Assembly: GCA_910576925.1 (NCBI GenBank) | Contig: CAJTKB010000001.1 | Coordinates: forward strand, 41,803-105,802 | From: an uncultured Bacilli bacterium | GTDB lineage: Bacteria > Bacillota_I > Bacilli_A > RF39 > UBA660 | Direction of reading: 5' to 3' | DNA: 64,000 nucleotides | Shown here: positions 48,206 to 59,030 of the stretch, piece by piece | Position numbering within the stretch: position 1 is the first letter of the stretch | Layout: each line of letters opens with the position of its first letter | Program-made: the position numbers and the translations under genes | Notes under the pieces: generated by a model | What the model saw: the letters and a program-made list of their open reading frames with translations, nothing else | Databases searched by the model: none | Told to the model about the DNA's origin: nothing

Positions 48206-48856
48206 CTATTCTGATTTTGTATTGTCTGTTATTTCTTTATCGATGTATAAACTTGGATCTACTGCTTTTGCTTTGATGTATAGTTCGAAATGTAAATGAT
48301 TTCCCATATCTTTATCCATTTCGTTTGTTCCACTTTTTCCTATTGTTTGGCCTTGTGTTACTGTATCACCTTTTTTAACATCAACTGTACTTAAGCTTTG
48401 ATATACTGAAATGTAATCATTATCGTGTTTTATTTCTACAATTTTTCCTAGTACATCATCTGATGTTACAGAAGTAACTGTTCCATCTAGGATACTTACT
48501 ACATCAAAACTTTCTTCTAAAATATAATCAACACCTGAATTTTGCATATATGTGTTATCATGATATGTTATTGAATTTTCTTGTTTTTTATCTTCATCAG
48601 TTTGATTATAGAAGTATTTACCTATACTTACTTTTTCATTAGTATATGGTTTTATTATTTTTTTTGTCTCCTTTATAACTGGCTTTTCCTCATCAATTAT
48701 AGTTTCTGAGACATAATCCATATTTTCTGTATTTTTATTAGTACTTTTCTTTGTTAATGAATTAGATACTAATAATGTTACATAAAAAGTAAATATAAAT
48801 AGGCATACATATAAACTTGGTAAAACATAGGGTTTTAATCTTAATTTTCTTTTCAT
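48206..48856 (-). CDS. spoIIQ: Stage II sporulation protein Q-like (M23/LytM domain membrane protein)
   Basis: N-terminal TM, LytM domain with HLHFEL. Gene order spoIIQ-spoIIID-mbl as in B. subtilis. Confidence 0.6.
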   Translation of the reverse strand: MKRKLRLKPYVLPSLYVCLFIFTFYVTLLVSNSLTKKSTNKNTENMDYVSETIIDEEKPVIKETKKIIKPYTNEKVSIGKYFYNQTDEDKKQENSITYHDNTYMQNSGVDYILEESFDVVSILDGTVTSVTSDDVLGKIVEIKHDNDYISVYQSLSTVDVKKGDTVTQGQTIGKSGTNEMDKDMGNHLHFELYIKAKAVDPSLYIDKEITDNTKSE

Positions 48857-48906
48857 TTTTCCACCTCATTAAGAGTTTTTACCAAAAATGAAAATTTATA
48901 CATTAT

Positions 48907-49116
48907 TTAATAAAATTTTGAAGTTAAAAAAAAGTCCCATATAAAATTAGTCACTAAATAGATTAAAGAAAGTGCCAATAATAAGTAAAAAACTTTGGCT
49001 TGTAATTCTTTATTTTTTTTAAATATTTTAGTAATATTTACTGAATCTAATGCCCATATTACTAATATTGTTATTAAAAAATAAAGTAGTGCTTTAACAC
49101 TCATTATTTTCCTCAT
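48907..49116 (-). CDS. Small membrane protein, hypothetical
   Basis: Two predicted TM helices. Start overlaps rpiB. Confidence 0.3.
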   Translation of the reverse strand: MRKIMSVKALLYFLITILVIWALDSVNITKIFKKNKELQAKVFYLLLALSLIYLVTNFIWDFFLTSKFY

Positions 49117-49540
49117 ATTTCATTATTTTATCAACTCTTCTTTTATGTCTCTCATCATTTATTACTTCAGCATTTATAAAAGCATCAATATATTTTTTTA
49201 TATTTTCCATATTTTCTGTATAGTTAAATGTCATAACATTGGCTCCATTATCATTTCTACTTAAAATAGCATCTTCTAAGGAATTTATTTTAGCACATCT
49301 TATTCCTTTTACCTTGTTAGCTGCTATTGACATTCCTATTCCTGTTCTACATACTAATATTCCTATTTCTGCTTCTTTATTTACGACTTTTTTGCAAACT
49401 TTAAAAGCAAAGTCAGGATAGTCATCTGTTTCTGTATTAATAGGACTGCAATCTAATACTTTATATTTTTTTTCTTCTAAATATTTTATAATCTCTTTTT
49501 TATATTCTACTCCTCTATGGTCACTTGCTATTGCAATAGT
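49094..49540 (-). CDS. rpiB: Ribose-5-phosphate isomerase B (RpiB/LacAB family)
   Basis: MTIAIASDHRG...VCRTGIGMSIAANK. Confidence 0.85.
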   Translation of the reverse strand, partial: TIAIASDHRGVEYKKEIIKYLEEKKYKVLDCSPINTETDDYPDFAFKVCKKVVNKEAEIGILVCRTGIGMSIAANKVKGIRCAKINSLEDAILSRNDNGANVMTFNYTENMENIKKYIDAFINAEVINDERHKRRVDKIMKYEENNEC

Positions 49541-49790
49541 CATATTTTTTTCATTTTCCATTTTTTAGTCTCCTTTATTTTTTTGATAAATAGCTTTTTA
49601 TCTATATTTATATAATAACAAAATATTTTTAATTATTAAATAGATATTTTTTAGCCTTTTCCACATTTTTTAGGGATATTTTATTTTTACAAGCACTTTT
49701 TCCACAATTTCTGTTGATATTATTTTATACTTTTTTAGTTTATCCACAATTCTTGTTAATTATTATTAATGCAAAATAAAAAAACAACTC

Positions 49791-50003
49791 TTAAGCTGCT
49801 TCTTTTGTATCAAATCCATATTTTTTATTGAACTTATCAACACGTCCTGCACGAGATGCTCTATTTTGTTTTCCTGTATAGAATGGATGACATTTTGAAC
49901 ATACTTCTACTGATATTTCTTCCTTTGTACTTCTTGCAGTAAAAGTTTCCCCACAAGCACAAGTTATTTTCGCTTCTTTATATTCTGGATGTATTTCTTT
50001 TTT
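49791..50003 (-). CDS. rpmE: 50S ribosomal protein L31 (type A, Zn-binding)
   Basis: MKKEIHPEY...CACGETF...[10 protein letters not shown]. Confidence 0.9.
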   Translation of the reverse strand, partial: KKEIHPEYKEAKITCACGETFTARSTKEEISVEVCSKCHPFYTGKQNRASRAGRVDKFNKKYGFDTKEAA

Positions 50004-50113
50004 CATTAGACTCTCTCCTTCCGCCATGATTAGTTACTAATCATAGTAATTTATAAACAACGTTATTATAACAACAATTTCCTTATTTGACAAGTGATAA
50101 TGTTTTATCTTGA

Positions 50114-50842
50114 TTATTTATTTTGTATTAATAAATTATGTTCATACTCATTTATCATAAGATTTGCTATTTCTTTATAGCCTTTAGTATTTGGATAGTA
50201 TGAGCTAGGACTATCAAAGTACTTTTCTTCATTTGAAATAATATTTGTATTTATAAATATATCATTATCTTTTTTGCATATATTTTTATACTTTTCATTT
50301 AATTTTTGTAATATACTATCATATTTAGTATTATTTTCGTAATATCCTATTACATAAATTGGATTTTTGTAGTACTTTCTTATTTCTGTTATTAATTTTT
50401 TATATTTTTTTGTTATTTCTTCTACTATTCTATTTTCTTTGTAATCTGTAATATAATTTTCTCTATTTACTTCTAATATTACGTCATTTAAACCTATAGA
50501 AATTGATACTATGTCTGCATCCGATAATAGTCTTCTTATATTGTGATTTGAATTATTAATTGTCATCGTTTCTTCTATTAGTAAATCATTGTACAAATCT
50601 GTTATTGTTTTATTTTTACTTGTATAACTTTTATCATAAAAGGATAATTTATCATTTTTATCTAAATAATCTTTGAAATAATCACTATAACTGTAGCTTA
50701 TTGCACCATATGAATTTTCTCCTAATGATATAGAATCTCCCAAAGAAATATATGTTATATTGCTTTTATTAGTTAAATTATATATAAAGTATGTTGATGA
50801 GGTTAATAGTATTAATATAACTAGTTTTATTTTTTTATGCAC
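50114..50842 (-). CDS. Secreted SGNH/GDSL-like hydrolase
   Basis: Signal peptide, ISLGDSIS block I (GDS motif). Confidence 0.6.
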   Translation of the reverse strand: MHKKIKLVILILLTSSTYFIYNLTNKSNITYISLGDSISLGENSYGAISYSYSDYFKDYLDKNDKLSFYDKSYTSKNKTITDLYNDLLIEETMTINNSNHNIRRLLSDADIVSISIGLNDVILEVNRENYITDYKENRIVEEITKKYKKLITEIRKYYKNPIYVIGYYENNTKYDSILQKLNEKYKNICKKDNDIFINTNIISNEEKYFDSPSSYYPNTKGYKEIANLMINEYEHNLLIQNK

Positions 50843-50878
50843 TTTAATTCCTCCAAAATAAAAAAGTCTTTAATATAT

Positions 50879-52132
50879 TTATATTTCTCGACTCTTTATT
50901 TTAGCACCTACTTTGGTTAATTTTTCAACTATATTTTCATATCCTCTTAATATATGTTCAACATTAGTAATCATTGTTGTACCTTCTGCTATTAATGATG
51001 CTGCAACAAGGCTTGCGCCAGCTCGAAGATCTGTTGCAACTACTTCTTTTCCTTTTAGTTTTGTTGGTCCTATAAAGGTTGCTGTTTGATTTTTAACTGT
51101 TATATCAGCTCCCATTTGACACAAATATGGAATATGCATAAATCTATTTTCCCATATTGTTTCCTCTATTTTTGATTTTCCATTGCATTGTGTTAAAAGT
51201 ATTGAAAATGGTTGTTGCAAATCGGTTGGAAAACCTGGGTATGTTGCTGTTTTAATATTTGTTGGTTTATATTTTTCGTTTTTACTAATTTTTATATAGT
51301 CAGAACCAATTTCTAATTTTGTTCCTATTTCTTGTAATTTTGATATTAATGATTCTAAATGTTCTGGGATAATATTATCTATTTTCAAGTTTTCTCCACA
51401 TAAAGCTCCTATTATAGTGTATGTTCCAGCTTCTATTCTATCTGGTATTACTTCGTGAAAGCATCCATGTAAATGTGTTACTCCTTCTATTTTTATTGTT
51501 GAAGTTCCTGCACCTGTAATATGAGCTCCCATATTATTTAGGAAAGTAGCAACATTTACTATTTCTGGTTCTTTTGCGGCATTATCAATTGTTGTTTTAC
51601 CTTCTGCTTTGACAGCTGCTAGCATAATGTTTATTGTGGCTCCAACTGATGCAATATCTAAGTATATTGGGCATCCTACTAGCTTTTCTGCTTCTACGGT
51701 GTATTTGTTAGCATCAATTTTTATTTTTGCGCCTAATGCTTCAAAACCCTTCAAATGTAAATCTATTGGTCTAGCGCCTATTGAACATCCTCCTGGAAAA
51801 TACATTACAGCCTTTTTATATTTACCTAAAAGGGCTCCCATAAAATAATATGATGCTCTAAGTTTTTTAGAAAACTCTTCTCCTATTTCTTCGTTTTTCA
51901 TATTAGATGAGTCTATTATTATACTTTCGCTTGCTCTTTTTGTACTAACCCCTAGATGAGATAATATTGAACAAAGATTATCTGTATCAGTTATTTCTGG
52001 AATATTACAAATTGTTGTCTCAGTATCAGCAAGTATTGCCGCTGGAATTAAGGCTACAGCACTGTTTTTTGCACCGCTTATCCTTATAGTACCAGATAAT
52101 TTTTGTCCGCCTGTTATTTCTAATATTTTCAT
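50879..52132 (-). CDS. murA: UDP-N-acetylglucosamine 1-carboxyvinyltransferase
   Basis: 417 aa, full-length MurA similarity (KISGAKNSAVALIPAA, active-site Cys context GGCSIGARPIDLH). Confidence 0.95.
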   Translation of the reverse strand: MKILEITGGQKLSGTIRISGAKNSAVALIPAAILADTETTICNIPEITDTDNLCSILSHLGVSTKRASESIIIDSSNMKNEEIGEEFSKKLRASYYFMGALLGKYKKAVMYFPGGCSIGARPIDLHLKGFEALGAKIKIDANKYTVEAEKLVGCPIYLDIASVGATINIMLAAVKAEGKTTIDNAAKEPEIVNVATFLNNMGAHITGAGTSTIKIEGVTHLHGCFHEVIPDRIEAGTYTIIGALCGENLKIDNIIPEHLESLISKLQEIGTKLEIGSDYIKISKNEKYKPTNIKTATYPGFPTDLQQPFSILLTQCNGKSKIEETIWENRFMHIPYLCQMGADITVKNQTATFIGPTKLKGKEVVATDLRAGASLVAASLIAEGTTMITNVEHILRGYENIVEKLTKVGAKIKSREI

Positions 52133-52363
52133 AAAGCCTCCATCACTATATTGTATTTATTATTTGCTATTAAGTGCATTATTAAATTTTAAATATTAGA
52201 GTTTTCTTATTTTTTTATATATTTTATTATAATTTTAAATGTTTTAACTGCTAACACTTTTATCACTTAACTATCTATATGTATCATATTAAAGATATTT
52301 TTCTTTGTCAATAAAGCTGTTAAAAAAAATAAGTAAAGTTTGTATAGATTTTACTTATTTTGT

Positions 52364-52900
52364 CTATATATTTAAAAGATATTTTATTGATAGTAATAGA
52401 AGTAAAATACCTCCTATTGTACTGGCTCTTTTTTCTACTTTTTTATTCAAGTATTTTCCTATTGTTAAACCTATTATGGTAAAGATAAAACTTGTTATGG
52501 AAAATATTAGACTTGATAGATATGTATATTCTTCGGTTAATGAAAGACCTAAACCTACTGTGAAGCTATCAATACTTACTGTTATAGCAATTACTATTAA
52601 GTAAATTAGACTTATTTTTAAATATTGTTCTTTTTCTTTTCCTGTTAGTACTTCTAATCCTAGTACTAGAAATATTATTCCTAATATATAATTAGCAATT
52701 AATTGAAGATTTACGGATATCATAAGTCCTACACAATTTCCAAGTAGAGGCATTACAAAGTGAAGAATTCCTACTATTATTGGGAAAATTATTAGTTTCT
52801 TTTTGTTTAATAAATTACTTGTTGTAAGACAAATTGATATCGAAAAAGCATCCATACTAAGTGCTACTGCTATTATGAGATCTGTTATTATTTTATTCAT
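52364..52900 (-). CDS. mntP: Putative manganese efflux pump MntP (DUF204)
   Basis: ALSMDAFSISI repeated-domain signature. Six TM helices. Confidence 0.65.
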   Translation of the reverse strand: MNKIITDLIIAVALSMDAFSISICLTTSNLLNKKKLIIFPIIVGILHFVMPLLGNCVGLMISVNLQLIANYILGIIFLVLGLEVLTGKEKEQYLKISLIYLIVIAITVSIDSFTVGLGLSLTEEYTYLSSLIFSITSFIFTIIGLTIGKYLNKKVEKRASTIGGILLLLLSIKYLLNI

Positions 52901-52959
52901 AGTTTCACCTAGTATAAATTTATTATTAGTAATCGTTTTTATGATTACTTTTTTACGAC

Positions 52960-53502
52960 TTATTTTAAAGAAGTATATTTTTTTATAATATCTTTTACTA
53001 ATAGATGATATTCAATATCTTTACTTTCTTGTTCTTCATCTATAAAACATAATGGAGGAAACAAAACACACCAGAAGTTCTGACCTTCTCCCTTTCCTAA
53101 TTTTACAACAAGGGACTCATATTTTCCTTCTTTATATATGACATTTTTATATTCTTTTGTTGGAAAATAATTTTCACCATAATTTATATCATAATCTATC
53201 TTAGCATTATTCTCTTTTAAAGTTTTATTTATTGTTTCTTTAAGTAAAGGCATATTATCTTCAATTGACTTTCTACTATCTATCATATTTTTTTTATTAC
53301 TTAAAATTTTTTCAATGTCTTTATTTAGATTTTCTTTTACTTTTAATTTTAGTTCTTGGTCTTCTTCTTTATCAGAATTAGCAATCACTCTAAATCTTAT
53401 TGATTCTTTTGGTATTATCACTTCTTCTTTTGATAAATCATTTGATACAAATACTATAGTTAAAACAACTAGAAATACGAATAATTTTTTCATTTTTATC
53501 AC
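52960..53502 (-). CDS. spoIIR: Stage II sporulation protein R
   Basis: Signal peptide. GEGQNFWCVLFPPLCF SpoIIR signature. Confidence 0.8.
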   Translation of the reverse strand: MIKMKKLFVFLVVLTIVFVSNDLSKEEVIIPKESIRFRVIANSDKEEDQELKLKVKENLNKDIEKILSNKKNMIDSRKSIEDNMPLLKETINKTLKENNAKIDYDINYGENYFPTKEYKNVIYKEGKYESLVVKLGKGEGQNFWCVLFPPLCFIDEEQESKDIEYHLLVKDIIKKYTSLK

Positions 53503-53562
53503 CCTTCATTATAGTAAAGGGTTATATTCTATTATGTTATTCATTTTCTGTTTGACAAAATA

Positions 53563-54399
53563 CTACTTTAATAGATTATTTGAATATATAAATATCATTC
53601 TATCTCTGTTTTGCATATCTTTAAGGCATTCAATTTGTACATTTTTAAGATGTTCTTTAATAATAGAGGTTATTTCTTCTTTTTGGGTATAACCTATTTC
53701 AAATGCTATTAGAAATTCTTCTTTTAAGTTATTTTCAATAGTACTTAGAATTCGTTTATAATACTCTAGGCCATTATCCTTGGCATATAGCGCTAAATGT
53801 GGCTCATTATCTTTAACAACACTTTCTATTTTTTCATCGTAACTTATATATGGTGGATTACTTATTATTACATCAAACTTTTTATTTATATTTTCTAACA
53901 TATCATTTTTTATAAAATTTACTTGTAAATTTAGCTTGTCAGCATTTTTTTTGGCAACTTCTAATGCTTCATCAGAGATATCTAATAGTGTTACATCTGT
54001 ATTAATATTATTTAGTTTTTGCTTTAAAGTTAGTCCAATTGCTCCACTACCACAACCTAGATCAATTATAGATATTTCTTTATTAAATAATTTATTTATA
54101 TATTTTATAGTATTTTCTACTAGTTCTTCTGTTTCAAATCGTGGTATTAAGACATTTTCATTTACTATTAATTTATTTCCATAAAAATTAGTATAACCAA
54201 GGACATATTGTAATGGTTTATTATTTCTTAATGCTTCTACTTCTTTTTTATATAGTTCTACTTTTTCATTTGATACGTCTTCTTCTAAATGTATAAGTAA
54301 TTCTAAAGGATTAAGATTTAGGAGATTTCCTAGTAGAATTCTTGCATGGTCTTTATGAATTTTTGATTGAGCATAAATTAACAACTCTTCTATTTTCAC
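53563..54399 (-). CDS. prmC: Release factor glutamine methyltransferase PrmC (HemK)
   Basis: DLGCGSGAIG motif I, NPPY motif IV. Directly downstream of prfA. Confidence 0.9.
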   Translation of the reverse strand: MKIEELLIYAQSKIHKDHARILLGNLLNLNPLELLIHLEEDVSNEKVELYKKEVEALRNNKPLQYVLGYTNFYGNKLIVNENVLIPRFETEELVENTIKYINKLFNKEISIIDLGCGSGAIGLTLKQKLNNINTDVTLLDISDEALEVAKKNADKLNLQVNFIKNDMLENINKKFDVIISNPPYISYDEKIESVVKDNEPHLALYAKDNGLEYYKRILSTIENNLKEEFLIAFEIGYTQKEEITSIIKEHLKNVQIECLKDMQNRDRMIFIYSNNLLK

Positions 54400-55457
54400 T
54401 ATTTTTCTCCAGCTAGTTTTCTTGCTTGATCTTCAGTTATTAAAGCATCTATTATTCCATCTAAATCGCCATCTATTACTCTATCTAAATTTTTGGTAGT
54501 ATAACCTATTCTATGGTCAGTTACTCTATTTTGTGGATAATTATAAGTTCTTATTTTTTCTGCCCTATCTCCTGTTCCAATTTTGCTACGCCTTTCGTTT
54601 CCTTCTTCTTGATCTTTCTTTTCTCTCTCTAGTTCATAAAGACGTGCTTTCAAAACTTTCATTGCTTGTTCTTTATTCTGAATTTGACTTCTTTCATTTT
54701 GGCAAGTTACTACAGTATTTGTTGGCAAGTGAGTAATTCTTACAGCAGAATCTGTTGTATTTACTCCTTGTCCTCCACAACCTGATGAACGGTAAATATC
54801 TATTCTTAAGTCAGATTGTTTTATTTCTATATCTACTTCTTCTGCTTCTGGCATTACAAGGACTGTCGCAGTTGAAGTCTGTAAACGTCCATTTGATTCT
54901 GTAACTGGTACTCTTTGAACTCTGTGTGAACCACTTTCGTATTTAAACTTGCTGTATGCTCCGTCTCCTTTTATCATAAATTCTATTTGACTGAATCCTC
55001 CAGCATCACCATCTATTGAGTTGTAGACTTCGTATTTAAAACCTTTTTTTTCGGCATATCTTGTATACATTCTAAACAAATCGCCTGCAAAAATATTAGC
55101 TTCATCCCCTCCAGCTGCTCCTCTTATTTCAACAATTACATTTTTATTATCATTAGGATCTTTAGGAATTAATAATATTTCAAGAGATTTCTCTAATTTT
55201 TCTTTTTGTTCTTCTAGGGCTGTTAATTCTTCTCGAGCTATTTCTTCTAAATCCTTGTCCTTTAACATTTCTTTAGTGTCTTCTATTCCTGTTAATACTT
55301 TTTTATATTCTTTAAAACAATTTACTATCTCTTCTAATTCACTTAATTCTTTTGATAATTCTCTTGTTTTTTTTACATCACTTAATACTTCTGTTTTTGT
55401 TAACTCTTTTTCTATTTCATTATATCTATTTGCAATTTGTTCTAAGTGTTCAAACAT
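54399..55457 (-). CDS. prfA: Peptide chain release factor 1
   Basis: GGQ motif, PVT tripeptide (RF1-specific). Confidence 0.95.
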   Translation of the reverse strand: MFEHLEQIANRYNEIEKELTKTEVLSDVKKTRELSKELSELEEIVNCFKEYKKVLTGIEDTKEMLKDKDLEEIAREELTALEEQKEKLEKSLEILLIPKDPNDNKNVIVEIRGAAGGDEANIFAGDLFRMYTRYAEKKGFKYEVYNSIDGDAGGFSQIEFMIKGDGAYSKFKYESGSHRVQRVPVTESNGRLQTSTATVLVMPEAEEVDIEIKQSDLRIDIYRSSGCGGQGVNTTDSAVRITHLPTNTVVTCQNERSQIQNKEQAMKVLKARLYELEREKKDQEEGNERRSKIGTGDRAEKIRTYNYPQNRVTDHRIGYTTKNLDRVIDGDLDGIIDALITEDQARKLAGEK

Positions 55458-55561
55458 ATTATCTCTCCTTTTTGCTGTAGTTATTATAGCATATTATTTT
55501 TTTATCCTCAATAATTATGTATGCTTACTTGGCACATTTATTTATATATTATTACATTATT

Positions 55562-55592
55562 AAAAGCACATTTCAGATATTGTGCTTCTTTT
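55562..55592. terminator. Hairpin terminator (AGCACA / TGTGCT flanked by A and T runs)
   Basis: AAAAGCACATTTCAGATATTGTGCTTCTTTT. Confidence 0.4.
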
Positions 55593-55626
55593 ATTAATAT
55601 TTTCTATTTATATTATATAATAGTAT

Positions 55627-56187
55627 TTAATTTATTATTTTATTTTTGTATTCTTCTATGTCTATACTTGAAACCTTTTCTATAAATTCATCTAGTTTTT
55701 CATAAGGTAAAATATTAGTTCTTTTACTATTATCTACTTCTTTTTCTTTATTATCTTTTTTTATGTTATTTTCTATTTTTTCTTTATAATTTCCATAATA
55801 TATTTGATACTTGTCTTCTAAGTATTGATTGCATATATCGTAACTATAATATAAGTCTTTACAAAAGTCTTTATATCCTGTTTTTAATAGATATTTTTCA
55901 TTAAAAAAATCAGTAAAAAATAAATAATCTGTTATTAAATGAAGAAAAACTCCTTTGTCATATGTACTTTCTATACTATTTTCTTCTAAATATTTATCTA
56001 ATTGTACTTTATTTTTTAAGGCATTTAATATATCATTTTTATCTCGGTAACCACTATAATGGGCCTTGTCATCATCTTCTGCTAGATCTGGTGCAACTAT
56101 GCCTCTTATGAATTCATCTTTATTTTCTATTTGGTTTTTATCAATATATCTTTTTGCAATACTTAAGTGTATATTGAAACTTGGCAT
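55627..56187 (-). CDS. Hypothetical protein
   Basis: 186-aa ORF, no confident motif. Confidence 0.4.
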   Translation of the reverse strand: MPSFNIHLSIAKRYIDKNQIENKDEFIRGIVAPDLAEDDDKAHYSGYRDKNDILNALKNKVQLDKYLEENSIESTYDKGVFLHLITDYLFFTDFFNEKYLLKTGYKDFCKDLYYSYDICNQYLEDKYQIYYGNYKEKIENNIKKDNKEKEVDNSKRTNILPYEKLDEFIEKVSSIDIEEYKNKIIN

Positions 56188-56222
56188 TAATATTACTTCC
56201 TTCTTTTATAGGATATATAATT

Positions 56223-56669
56223 CTATTCTTCTATTTCTAATTCATCTTCATCTAATACTACTAAGTCTTTTAAGTCTTCTGTCGAATCATTAAATGGTGT
56301 ATCTTCATCACTATAGTCATCTTCAACTTCTTCGTCTTGTATTTCATCTTCATCAGGTATCTCATCTTCATCTTCTTCATCATCATCTGATATATCTACT
56401 TGATTTTTAAGTTTATCTGAGGTGTGATTACTTTTTAAATCCCAAGTACCATCATCTAAAAGGATAAATCTTTTATCTGTTGATAGCGATGTATAATAGT
56501 CTCCTATTTTAGTTTCGAATATTGAATCTGGTAACTTTAATAGTTTAATTATTTTTTTAAATAAAGTTGCTGTATTCATCGGCTTTTTACTTTCTTCTAA
56601 AATTAGTTTTGTTATATCCTTATTAGATAATAATTCTAATTCTTCTATTTTCATTTTGCTAATACTCAT
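56223..56669 (-). CDS. rpoE: DNA-directed RNA polymerase delta subunit (RpoE-like)
   Basis: N-terminal HARE-HTH-like region and a long poly-acidic C-terminal tail (DDDEEDEDEIPDEDEIQDEEVEDDYSDED). Confidence 0.65.
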   Translation of the reverse strand: MSISKMKIEELELLSNKDITKLILEESKKPMNTATLFKKIIKLLKLPDSIFETKIGDYYTSLSTDKRFILLDDGTWDLKSNHTSDKLKNQVDISDDDEEDEDEIPDEDEIQDEEVEDDYSDEDTPFNDSTEDLKDLVVLDEDELEIEE

Positions 56670-56791
56670 AGTATCCTCCTATTCAAGTCATTATATGTAA
56701 TTTTTTTAGACTTGTTTAATTTTTTAGATCAAAATACAGGAATATTTATATCATACATTTTTTTTATATGCAATAACTTTGATATATATTT

Positions 56792-58537
56792 TTACATTTT
56801 TTCTGGAATATCTATTCCTAGAATATTTAAAATCTCTATATTAGTATTATAAACTAAGGCTGTAAGGGCTAACCAACTTTCTTTTAAATCATTATCTTCT
56901 TCTGTTATAACTTTGTTTTCGTTATAGAAAGTATTATAAGAACTAGTTAATTTATATATATAATCTGTTAATTCATTTAATGACTTTTGCTCTAGACATT
57001 TTGTTAATACTTGTGGTAGTTTTAGTAGTAATAAGGCTGGATTTCTATCTGTATTATCTTTAAACCTTTTTATTGCATATTTTTTTGTATTTGCTTTTGA
57101 TAGAAGAGACTTCATTCTAATTGTTGAATAGAGTAGGTAAGGTCCTGTTTTTCCATCTAGGCTTACAAATTTTTCAGGGTCAAAAATGTAGTCTGTTTCT
57201 CTATATGGAATTAAGTCCGCATATTTTAAAGCGGCAATTGCTATTTTTTTAGCTGTTTCTTCTCTTTTATCTTCTTCTACCATTTCTTTATTTAATCTTT
57301 TTTGTGTTTCATCTTGTAAAATATTTATTAATTCTTTGAGGCTCATAACACTTCCATCTCTTGTTTTAAAAGGTTTACCATCTTTACCATTCATTGTTCC
57401 AAATCCATAAAATCCTAATATTAAGTTATTTGGTACAAGGGACGATTTTTTTACAGCTCGAAATACCTGTTCGAAATATAATGATTGTCTAAAGTCTGCG
57501 AAATACCATATTTCGTCTAGATTATATCTTTTAATTCTAGAATACATTGTGGCAAGTTCACGAGTAGCATAAAGTGTTGCTCCATTTGATTTTATAACAA
57601 CTAATGGAGGCATAGGGGAATTGTCTGTTTCTTCTGAAACATCAATTATTTTAGCATCTTCGCTTTCAATTAAATAATTATTTTTTTCTAAATATTCTAT
57701 TACTTCTGGAATATATGGATAACAGGTACTTTCTCCTTCATATAAATCAAAGGTAGTATTAATATCTTTGTATACATTTTTTATATCTTTTATGGAAGTT
57801 TCTTTGATTTTTTCCCATAGAGCATTATAAGCTTTGTGTCCTTCTTCTAAATCTTTAGTAATTTCAACTACTTCTTCCATTCTTTTTTCATCGTTTTTAG
57901 CAGCAATTGATGCGGTTGGATATATTTCACCTAATTCTTCTGGTGTTATTGTAAATTCTATATCTTCATAGTTTCCTTTAAAATCATTATTAAAATATTC
58001 TAGGTTAGGGTATCTTCTTTTTATTTCGGAAATAACCATTCCTGATTGTCTTCCAATATCTCCAAAATGAACATCACTAATTACTTCTAATCCTAGATAT
58101 TTGGCAAGGCGCTTTACGGCTTCTCCTATATTTGCTGAACGAAGATGACCTACGTGGAGAGTTTTAGCAATGTTCGCTCCTCCATAATCCATAAATATTT
58201 TTTTTGGTGCTTCTTTATCAATATTTACTTCAAAGTCATCTAGTATTTGATTTAGAGAAGTTTGTAAAAAATAGGGACTTAATGTCAAATTAATAAATCC
58301 AGGTCCTGCAATATTAATATTGATAAATCTAGAGTCTTTTTTTAAATATGATACTATATTTTCAGCTATATTTTTTGGATTGTCATTATAAATTTTAGAA
58401 AGTCGCATAGCATCGTTTATTTGAAAGTCTCCTAAATCAGGTCTTGACGATGATACAAAAGTTATGTCGTCTAGTTCATAACCTGCTTGTTTTATTATTT
58501 CTTTTATAGAAGTTTTTAGATTTTTTAATATACTCAT
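56792..58537 (-). CDS. argS: Arginine--tRNA ligase
   Basis: HVGHLRS HIGH motif. 581 aa. Confidence 0.95.
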   Translation of the reverse strand: MSILKNLKTSIKEIIKQAGYELDDITFVSSSRPDLGDFQINDAMRLSKIYNDNPKNIAENIVSYLKKDSRFININIAGPGFINLTLSPYFLQTSLNQILDDFEVNIDKEAPKKIFMDYGGANIAKTLHVGHLRSANIGEAVKRLAKYLGLEVISDVHFGDIGRQSGMVISEIKRRYPNLEYFNNDFKGNYEDIEFTITPEELGEIYPTASIAAKNDEKRMEEVVEITKDLEEGHKAYNALWEKIKETSIKDIKNVYKDINTTFDLYEGESTCYPYIPEVIEYLEKNNYLIESEDAKIIDVSEETDNSPMPPLVVIKSNGATLYATRELATMYSRIKRYNLDEIWYFADFRQSLYFEQVFRAVKKSSLVPNNLILGFYGFGTMNGKDGKPFKTRDGSVMSLKELINILQDETQKRLNKEMVEEDKREETAKKIAIAALKYADLIPYRETDYIFDPEKFVSLDGKTGPYLLYSTIRMKSLLSKANTKKYAIKRFKDNTDRNPALLLLKLPQVLTKCLEQKSLNELTDYIYKLTSSYNTFYNENKVITEEDNDLKESWLALTALVYNTNIEILNILGIDIPEKM

Positions 58538-58547
58538 AGCCTTCTCC

Positions 58548-58937
58548 TTAGTCTTGTTTTTCTATTTTATATATGTATTTTTCATCAAAAAGATTATATT
58601 CTATTTCAATATTCTCTTTATTTTTAATTATTTTATTGGTGAATAAGTCTAGCTCTATTTTTTTTCCTAATTCTTTTAGAAACATATTATTAGTAGTAGT
58701 TTTATTATTTTCGAATTTTAATTCTAAATACATTTTTTCATTATCTCTTTTTAAAATATTTTCTTTGTAATTAAAAATGGTTACTGTTTTTAAATCATCT
58801 TTTTCAATGTAGTAAACATATTGTTTTTCTTTATCATAATTTACATCTATTTCATTTAATATAGTTTCTTCTTTATTTTTCACAGTAATTTTTGCATTAA
58901 ATTTTTCCATTCTTTCTCCTAGTTTTTTCTTCATCAA
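58548..58937 (-). CDS. DUF1934 protein (YwiB-like)
   Basis: 129 aa. Conserved position immediately upstream of argS as in B. subtilis ywiB-argS. Confidence 0.6.
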   Translation of the reverse strand: MMKKKLGERMEKFNAKITVKNKEETILNEIDVNYDKEKQYVYYIEKDDLKTVTIFNYKENILKRDNEKMYLELKFENNKTTTNNMFLKELGKKIELDLFTNKIIKNKENIEIEYNLFDEKYIYKIEKQD

Positions 58938-59030
58938 TAAAATTTTCAGCTTAAATTATATCATATGTTTAAAAATTTGAATACATATTTTTAGCTATTT
59001 GTCTAATACTAATTTTGAAGGTGATACTTT

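Noticed and set aside
52901-52959. Possible yybP-ykoY Mn riboswitch upstream of mntP
   Set aside because: The intergenic region is only about 59 nt, too short for the riboswitch, and no conserved riboswitch helices were seen.
58538-59030. T-box leader upstream of argS
   Set aside because: argS is tightly coupled to ywiB with about a 10-nt gap. The region upstream of ywiB is about 90 nt with no specifier-loop or T-box sequence.
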